Below are positions 1-4,647 of a stretch of DNA of 5,445 nt, piece after piece. Source of the stretch: Ostreococcus tauri (lineage: Eukaryota); the NCBI GenBank assembly GCA_000214015.2, contig CAID01000015.2:381878-387322 (forward strand), given 5' to 3'. The notes under the pieces were generated by a model. The model saw nothing but the letters and a program-made list of their open reading frames with translations. It had not been told where the DNA came from and did no database searches. The translations under genes and the position numbers were made by a program. Position 1 is the first letter of the stretch. Every line of letters starts with the position of its first letter.

Positions 1-1122
1 GGCGGCGATGTGGACGGGGAGGGGGGTGGGACGGTGGCGCGCGGCGGTGGGAACTTGCGCGTGCCGAGGAGCGCGTTGCGAGAGATTTTTTTAGAGATGC
101 TTCCACCGGCGACGGTGCGATGGGGGGCCAAGGTGTCGGATTACGTCGAGGGCGAAGATGGGGTCACGGTGACGCTGGAGAGCGGGGAGACGGTGGAGGG
201 GACGATTTTGGTCATCGCCGACGGCGCGCGGAGCAGCACGAGACGGGCGCCGGGAGCGGGTGACGACGTGAAATCGGGCGAGTTGCGATACCTCGGCGTC
301 GCCCTCGTCACCGGTTTCACCGATTTGGACGATTATCTTCTCAAAGGACGCGGGTTTTACACGGTGGACGGGCGATCGAGAATGTTCACGATGCCCTTCC
401 AAGCGGCGAACGAGGAGGCGGGAACGCCGCCGCGGAGCATGTGGCAGTTGAGCGTGCGCGTGAGCGAAGACGAGGCGAAAGAGCTCGCCGACGCTTCGAA
501 CGATCGCATTCGCGAGTTCGTGTTGAAGCACACGAGAGGTTGGCACGATCCCATCTCCGCGATGTTCGACTGCACCGACTGGAACGACGCGTGGGCGGGA
601 CCGCTGTACGACAGAGAGGAGCCGCCGACGAGCAAGTCCGCGGCGACGGAGAAGCCCCATCTCGCGCTGCGTAGCGCGAAATCCAGAGTGATTTGTATCG
701 GCGACGCGGCGCACCCGATGTCGCCATTCAAAGGCCAGGGCGCGAATACCGCGCTCTTCGACGCTTGGGCGCTGTCCAAGTGGTTACAAAAGGCGCCGCC
801 GCAAACCGCGCTGGCGTGTTTTCACCGCGAGATGGTCGCTCGAGCCTTTGTCAAGGTTCGCGCGAGTCGAGAGGCGTGTGAGTACTTCCACAACCCGAAT
901 ATTTTGAGCGAGCGCGTCCCGGAGTTTGCGGGCGTCGACCCGATGAAAATCACCGTCGTCCTGGACGCGCTCGCCGAGCGCGGCGTCACGGCGTCCATGC
1001 GCGCCGATATCGAGCCCGCCGTGAAAGAGATAATCGACGAACTCGATGCCGCGGAGTTAGTGAGACCGTACGCGGCGAAGAAAATCATGCAGCGTGGCAA
1101 GGAAGGAGGAGTGGAGGTGTAG
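1..1122 (+). CDS. FAD-dependent aromatic-ring-hydroxylase-type monooxygenase (salicylate hydroxylase / UbiH / zeaxanthin-epoxidase-like superfamily), 5'-partial
   Basis: Frame 1 is open from base 1, so the track ORF 10..1122 merely starts at an internal GTG. The stop is TAG at 1120-1122. Family fingerprints seen: RSALREIFLEML (R..L...L region), LVIADGARSSTRR (DG..S..R motif, nt 208-246) and IGDAAHPMSPFKGQGANTALFDAWAL (GDAAHxxxPxxGQGxNxxxxDA FAD-binding motif, nt 697-774). The N-terminal GxGxxG Rossmann motif is absent, which implies roughly 100 aa lie upstream of the window. Substrate cannot be inferred. Confidence 0.85.
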   Translation, partial: GGDVDGEGGGTVARGGGNLRVPRSALREIFLEMLPPATVRWGAKVSDYVEGEDGVTVTLESGETVEGTILVIADGARSSTRRAPGAGDDVKSGELRYLGVALVTGFTDLDDYLLKGRGFYTVDGRSRMFTMPFQAANEEAGTPPRSMWQLSVRVSEDEAKELADASNDRIREFVLKHTRGWHDPISAMFDCTDWNDAWAGPLYDREEPPTSKSAATEKPHLALRSAKSRVICIGDAAHPMSPFKGQGANTALFDAWALSKWLQKAPPQTALACFHREMVARAFVKVRASREACEYFHNPNILSERVPEFAGVDPMKITVVLDALAERGVTASMRADIEPAVKEIIDELDAAELVRPYAAKKIMQRGKEGGVEV

Positions 1123-1159
1123 ACACGCCGCCGCGGTGAGTACTTGAAGTTGTTTTACA

Positions 1160-3442
1160 TTACGAGTTGTCTTGTGCTCTGATTCGGCGCTTGAGTTGTT
1201 CTAATCGCTCTTCTTCCTCTTGTCTTTCTCTCTCGTTCTCGACTTCGACGAGTCTACGAATGCGAGCAAGTTCGTCGCTAATCTCGTCATCCTGCGATTT
1301 CGCCACCCAGTTTTCCATGAGATTGTGCGCGCGGTCTCGGCGCTCACCCGAATCGCTTCCCGGTGTTGCCGCGCCAGACTTCTTCACTTCGTCAACCTCC
1401 AGTTTCGACTCCGTCACGACGTCGAGCATCGTCGCCGTCTTCTTCTGCGTTGTCTCTACCTGCTCGACGACATCGTCGACGCTTCGAGAGCGTTTCCTAT
1501 CGATGTTTAGAGACGCCGCGTTCGCGCCCTCGTCATCGATGATCAACGTTGAGTCTTCATCGCCGAGTTTCTCGGTCCGATCTAGATGATGCAACCTAGC
1601 CGTCTCAACAACGTCCACGCCCCCTACGCGAAGCTTTGCGAGCTCGCTCACGAGCGTGTCGCGCTCGCCGACTAATTCGCGAACCATGACGCGCAGGTAG
1701 TAAGCGTACCCGCACACGAAGTAAAACACCATCGCGGTCTTGGAGAAGAACCACGCCAGAGCAGGGAAGACGTCCACGATGAGACGGATGAACGAGCGTG
1801 TAGTGTAATACGTCGGCTCGTACGGCGCCTTACCCACCGATCTTCTGCATTCATTGGCGACCTCGACGGTTTTCGTCAGCGCGCGCTGCGCCGAGGTGAG
1901 TTGCGCCTGCGTCTTTGTGAGCTCATCCGTCTTGGACGTCAACTCGCGCTCAGCAGTTTCGGCCCTTGACTCCGCCGCGTCCTTCATGGCCTGAATCTTC
2001 AACGCTCGGGCTGATGTACTCTCGCAATACGCAGCGCGCGTCTGTGCCTTTTGTAGAGACTCTTGCAAAATTGCCGTCTTCATGGCGCCCTCTCCGAGCC
2101 TTTTGAAGCGGTCCTCGGCTAGTTTTTGCGCGCTCCGGGCGGCGGCAACGTCAGCTTGATATTGCGATAACTGAGCTTCGAGGTCAGCCACCTTGTGCAT
2201 GGAATCAGAAACCTTGGCCTGCGCTGAGGCAATGGCGGCGTTTTGACTTGCGTCTGGAACGCCGCCGCCGAATGTTCGACACGCCTCCAACTCTCGTCGC
2301 TGCATCGCCGACGCACGCGCGAGTAGCGTGACATTTTTCTGTGCCTCGGACAAGTGCTTGCGAACCATTTGCGTCGCCACGCTACCTTCCATCGGTGACA
2401 TGACGGAGAAACCGGTGACAACGCTGGCGAGAGCGACGGCGCCGACTACGGCGAGCGCGGCGACGACGAGAATGAGAATCGAAAAGAAAGAAGAGTGTGA
2501 CGAAGAGTTTGACGTCGACGAGACGTTATCGGCTGACGCAGCACTCGTCGTGATTTCTTTCTCTGTCGTCGTCATCGTCGCCACGTCTCGTAAAGCCTTC
2601 TTCGTGACGGTTTTCTTTTTGATGACTGGCACGGGCACCTCCTCGGGCGTTGAACCATCCTCCGCGCGGCGAACGGTGACTTTTCGCCGCTGAATCTTTA
2701 CGTGTTGTTTCGTCGTCGTTGTCGTCGATGTCGACGCTGGCTCTTCACTAGATTCTTCGTGAGTCGCAACCGTGTCGACGCGTTCCGCCTCGACGGATTC
2801 TTCCGCCGCTTGGGCCGCTAGTCGCTTGGCTTCGATTTCCTGAATCTCCTCGATGAATTCCTGAGGAACCGTGGGCATGGGTTTCGTCGACGCGTCCGCC
2901 TTGGTCCAAAGCCTTTGCTTCATGTCCGTGACGGAGATGCGCTGCCGCGGCGCTCGAGTGGGCGTCGGCGATAGCGCCGTCGCCGTCGCCGTCGACTGTT
3001 CGCTCGCCGATTTTTCCACCCTCGGCTTCTTCGGTCTGTCCTTCGCGCCCTCCATCGCGACGTCGCGCCACGCCCTCAGAAACCGCTTCGCCCTCCAGAG
3101 CAAATAATTCCGAATCACATCCCTCCTCGCGTTTCTCTGCTCGCGCACCGTCGTCTTCCACGCCCACAGCGTCCGACCCATCGCGGCGCTTTTCAATTTC
3201 TCCGCGCACCGTTCGCCCAACATCTCTCGCCGCTTATTCTGAAACTTCGTCGCCCGACTCCACGCCACGAGCGCCCGAGCCGTGAGTCGCTTCGTTCGAT
3301 CGTCGTACAACTCGATCGCGCGCGCGTCGATCGCGCGGCGTCGCGCCGTCACCCGGACCCACCCGCTCCACGCCAGGCGCGCGACGGTCGCCGCCGCGAA
3401 CCCCTCGCGCGCGGCGTCCACGCGCGCGTCCGCCCCTCCCAT
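1160..3442 (-). CDS. Hypothetical 760-aa membrane/coiled-coil protein with N-terminal Sfi1-like W-[K/R] repeats
   Basis: It is the longest ORF in the window. ATG is at 3442-3440 with an in-frame TGA two codons upstream, and the stop is TAA at 1162-1160. Amino-acid composition is diverse and protein-like, unlike the overlapping ORFs. Parts: basic W-repeat region (aa ~15-130, nt 3053-3400); S/T/E-rich linker; strong TM helix FFSILILVVAALAVVGAVALASVVTGF (aa 319-345, nt 2408-2488); A/Q/K/E-rich heptad-like region (aa ~356-535, nt ~1838-2377); second hydrophobic segment FIRLIVDVFPALAWFFSKTAMVFYFVCGYAYYLRVMV (aa 551-587, nt 1682-1792); acidic C-terminus ending ENERERQEEEERLEQLKRRIRAQDNS. I recognise no enzymatic motif. 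Confidence 0.8.
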   Translation of the reverse strand: MGGADARVDAAREGFAAATVARLAWSGWVRVTARRRAIDARAIELYDDRTKRLTARALVAWSRATKFQNKRREMLGERCAEKLKSAAMGRTLWAWKTTVREQRNARRDVIRNYLLWRAKRFLRAWRDVAMEGAKDRPKKPRVEKSASEQSTATATALSPTPTRAPRQRISVTDMKQRLWTKADASTKPMPTVPQEFIEEIQEIEAKRLAAQAAEESVEAERVDTVATHEESSEEPASTSTTTTTKQHVKIQRRKVTVRRAEDGSTPEEVPVPVIKKKTVTKKALRDVATMTTTEKEITTSAASADNVSSTSNSSSHSSFFSILILVVAALAVVGAVALASVVTGFSVMSPMEGSVATQMVRKHLSEAQKNVTLLARASAMQRRELEACRTFGGGVPDASQNAAIASAQAKVSDSMHKVADLEAQLSQYQADVAAARSAQKLAEDRFKRLGEGAMKTAILQESLQKAQTRAAYCESTSARALKIQAMKDAAESRAETAERELTSKTDELTKTQAQLTSAQRALTKTVEVANECRRSVGKAPYEPTYYTTRSFIRLIVDVFPALAWFFSKTAMVFYFVCGYAYYLRVMVRELVGERDTLVSELAKLRVGGVDVVETARLHHLDRTEKLGDEDSTLIIDDEGANAASLNIDRKRSRSVDDVVEQVETTQKKTATMLDVVTESKLEVDEVKKSGAATPGSDSGERRDRAHNLMENWVAKSQDDEISDELARIRRLVEVENERERQEEEERLEQLKRRIRAQDNS

Positions 3443-3749
3443 CGTTCACCACCAGCCGTCCACGGACGTTCGCGTCGCTTTCGAGCCGTCGCGCGCGTCG
3501 TCGTCGTCGACGCGTCGCCGATCACGGTCGCGCGCGGTGAATGAATGAATTCGATCCGTCGGTCGCGATCGATTCGTTCCCCCGCCGTGCGACGCCCGCG
3601 CGTCGCGATCGATGCCGCGACCGACCCCCCGGACCGGGACGCGCGGTCGGACGACGACGACGTCGCGCGCGCGCGCTGTCACGCGCGCGTTGGACGCGTC
3701 GACGCGACGATCGCCGCGCGAAGGTGTTGCGACGCGCGCGTGCGGGGTG

Positions 3750-3820
3750 ACACACATATAAATATGTTCTCGGACACACGGTACGTATAGAATGAGGATT
3801 CGACGTATATACGTCACACA
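3750..3820. promoter_or_regulatory. AT-rich island in an otherwise ~75-80% GC spacer; candidate core promoter or regulatory region
   Basis: TATAAATA lies at 3757-3764. A perfect 14-nt palindrome GACGTATATACGTC lies at 3802-3815. ACACAC-type motifs occur three times (3749-3756, 3773-3780, 3814-3820). The island is ~310-380 bp upstream of the ATG of the 760-aa minus-strand gene. Its function and orientation are not demonstrable from sequence alone. Confidence 0.3.
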
Positions 3821-4014
3821 TTGAGCGATGGCACGACGTCGACGGCAACGCGCGCGCGACGACGGTCGCGTACGCGCGCGAGGGTCGGGCGAACGCGCGC
3901 GAAAACGATCGCGGGCGCGTCCCGCGTCGTCGCCCACCGGCGCGTCGTCGCCCGCCGCGTCGACGGACCGCGAGGGCGCCTCGTCTCGCACGAAGTCGGA
4001 GATTTGACTCGTTG

Positions 4015-4038
4015 AGCACATCACGAAGCACATCACTT
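4015..4038. repeat. Two-copy tandem 12-mer (AGCACATCACGA / AGCACATCACTT)
   Basis: The 10-nt core AGCACATCAC is identical at 4015-4024 and 4027-4036. It lies just beyond the tRNA terminator. Significance is unknown. Confidence 0.6.
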
Positions 4039-4043
4039 CAGTC

Positions 4044-4051
4044 AAAAAAAA
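4044..4051 (-). terminator. RNA polymerase III terminator (T8 run on the minus strand)
   Basis: Eight consecutive A on the + strand, which is T8 on the minus strand, start immediately after the tRNA discriminator base at 4052. Confidence 0.75.
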
Positions 4052-4180
4052 TGCTCGCTACGCGGTTCGAACGCGTGACCTTACCCTCTTCCGTCGTCGC
4101 CGTGGCGCGAGGTTCGTCGTCGGTCGACCGACGACATTCGTGTACGAAGGGCACGCTACTACCAACTGAGCTAAGCAAGC
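4052..4180 (-). tRNA. tRNA-Thr-CGT: Nuclear tRNA-Thr (anticodon CGU), intron-containing (129 nt precursor, 74 nt mature before CCA)
   Basis: The reverse complement folds as a cloverleaf. Acceptor is GCTTGCT/AGCGAGC (7 bp, one G-U). T8 is present and the A-box is TAGCTCAGTTGG (4162-4173). Anticodon stem is TGCCC/GGGTA and the loop is TT-CGT-A (anticodon at 4146-4144). Variable loop is AGGTC. T arm is ACGCG-TTCGAAC-CGCGT (4060-4076, a perfect B-box). The discriminator is A. The D arm has one extra T compared with the usual GAGC closing strand, leaving 3 clean pairs. The isotype call depends on the intron placement described in the intron feature. Confidence 0.88.
4088..4142 (-). other. tRNA intron, 55 nt, at the canonical 37/38 position
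   Basis: The two halves of the anticodon stem (TGCCC and GGGTA) pair only if these 55 nt are removed immediately 3' of A37. The intron contains a perfect 20-nt palindrome GTCGTCGGTCGACCGACGAC (4116-4135). It also contains ACGAA twice, complementary to TTCGT of the anticodon loop. Confidence 0.7.
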
Positions 4181-4385
4181 TTACAGTACGACATCGGTAA
4201 ATTTTCGCCCACCGACCAGCCACGTCGTGGTGTCGCAAAACTTACGGGTACATGCGCGCCGCGTCCACGCCCGCGCGCGATCGCCCGCGCGCGATGGTCC
4301 GCGTCCGTCGACGCCGCGCGCGATCGTTCTCGTCACGCGACGGCCGTCCCACCGCCCCCGCGCGCGCCCGCGCCCGGAGACGCGC

Positions 4386-4580
4386 TCACGCGCGCCCTGG
4401 ACGGAGCGCGGCGACGACGTCCGCGGCGGATGGTGGATTCCGCGCGCGCGTCGACGCGCGCGCGAACGCGTCTCTGGGGACGACGAGCGGGAGCGCCATC
4501 CCGAGGGCGCCGAGGAAGAGGCTCCACATCACCACCGGCTCGCGGTGCATCGCGACGTGGAACCACGACGGCGGGGGCAT
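4386..4580 (-). CDS. Small (64 aa) single-TM protein, candidate mitochondrial complex I subunit B9/NDUFA3-like
   Basis: This is the C-terminal tail of track ORF 4386..5333(-), starting at its last internal ATG (4580-4578): MPPPSWFHVAMHREPVVMWSLFLGALGMALPLVVPRDAFARASTRARNPPSAADVVAALRPGRA*. From memory, the core AMHREPVVMWSLFLGALGMALPLVVP aligns position for position with human NDUFA3 [26 protein letters not shown] (EPV, S, G.L and LP...P shared). The distance from the start Met is also similar. The rest of the 315-aa ORF is antisense to the FF-domain gene and looks like junk. The C-terminal 30 aa are low-complexity, so the exact 3' end is uncertain. Confidence 0.45.
   Translation of the reverse strand: MPPPSWFHVAMHREPVVMWSLFLGALGMALPLVVPRDAFARASTRARNPPSAADVVAALRPGRA
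4441..4464. repeat. Perfect 24-nt palindrome (CG)5-TCGA-(CG)5
   Basis: CGCGCGCGCGTCGACGCGCGCGCG equals its own reverse complement. It lies inside the putative small minus-strand CDS, where it encodes ARASTRAR. Confidence 0.9.
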
Positions 4581-4647
4581 CGGAGATGGTTGACGCGCGC
4601 GTCGAGGTCTGCGGCGCGACACTCGTCGCCGCGCGAGGGGGGCGACG

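Noticed and set aside
91-1100. Track ORFs overlapping the monooxygenase: 91..714(-), 357..779(-), 386..727(-), 441..674(+), 693..881(+), 822..1100(-).
   Set aside because: They are R/S/A/P-rich low-complexity translations with no motifs. They are off-frame or antisense to a CDS that carries clear FAD-monooxygenase fingerprints. Such ORFs are expected in high-GC DNA, where stop codons are rare.
1136-1142. GTGAGTA splice-donor-like motif just after the monooxygenase stop codon.
   Set aside because: It lies downstream of an in-frame TAG that ends a full-length C-terminal region. There is no plausible downstream exon before the convergent gene begins 18 bp later.
1167-3209. Track ORFs inside or antisense to the 760-aa gene: 1167..1589(+), 1220..1510(+), 1672..1854(-), 2119..2421(-), 2328..2693(+), 2748..3209(-), 2871..3107(+).
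   Set aside because: All are much shorter than the 760-aa ORF and fully nested within it. They are compositionally biased (S/C/R-rich) and contain no recognisable domain.
3234-4045. Arg-rich ORFs across the spacer: 3234..3452(-), 3282..3548(+), 3446..4045(-), 3522..4031(-), 3541..3750(+), 3545..3790(+), 3821..4015(+).
   Set aside because: They are mutually overlapping in several frames and are 25-35% Arg with runs such as RRRRR. They read straight through the AT-rich island and have no motif content. I treat the region as non-coding, though RNA evidence could overturn this.
4012-4238. ORFs 4012..4200(+) and 4038..4238(-).
   Set aside because: Both are explained by the tRNA-Thr gene, its intron and flanks. 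A canonical cloverleaf with A/B boxes and a T8 terminator is far stronger evidence than a 62-66-aa ORF.
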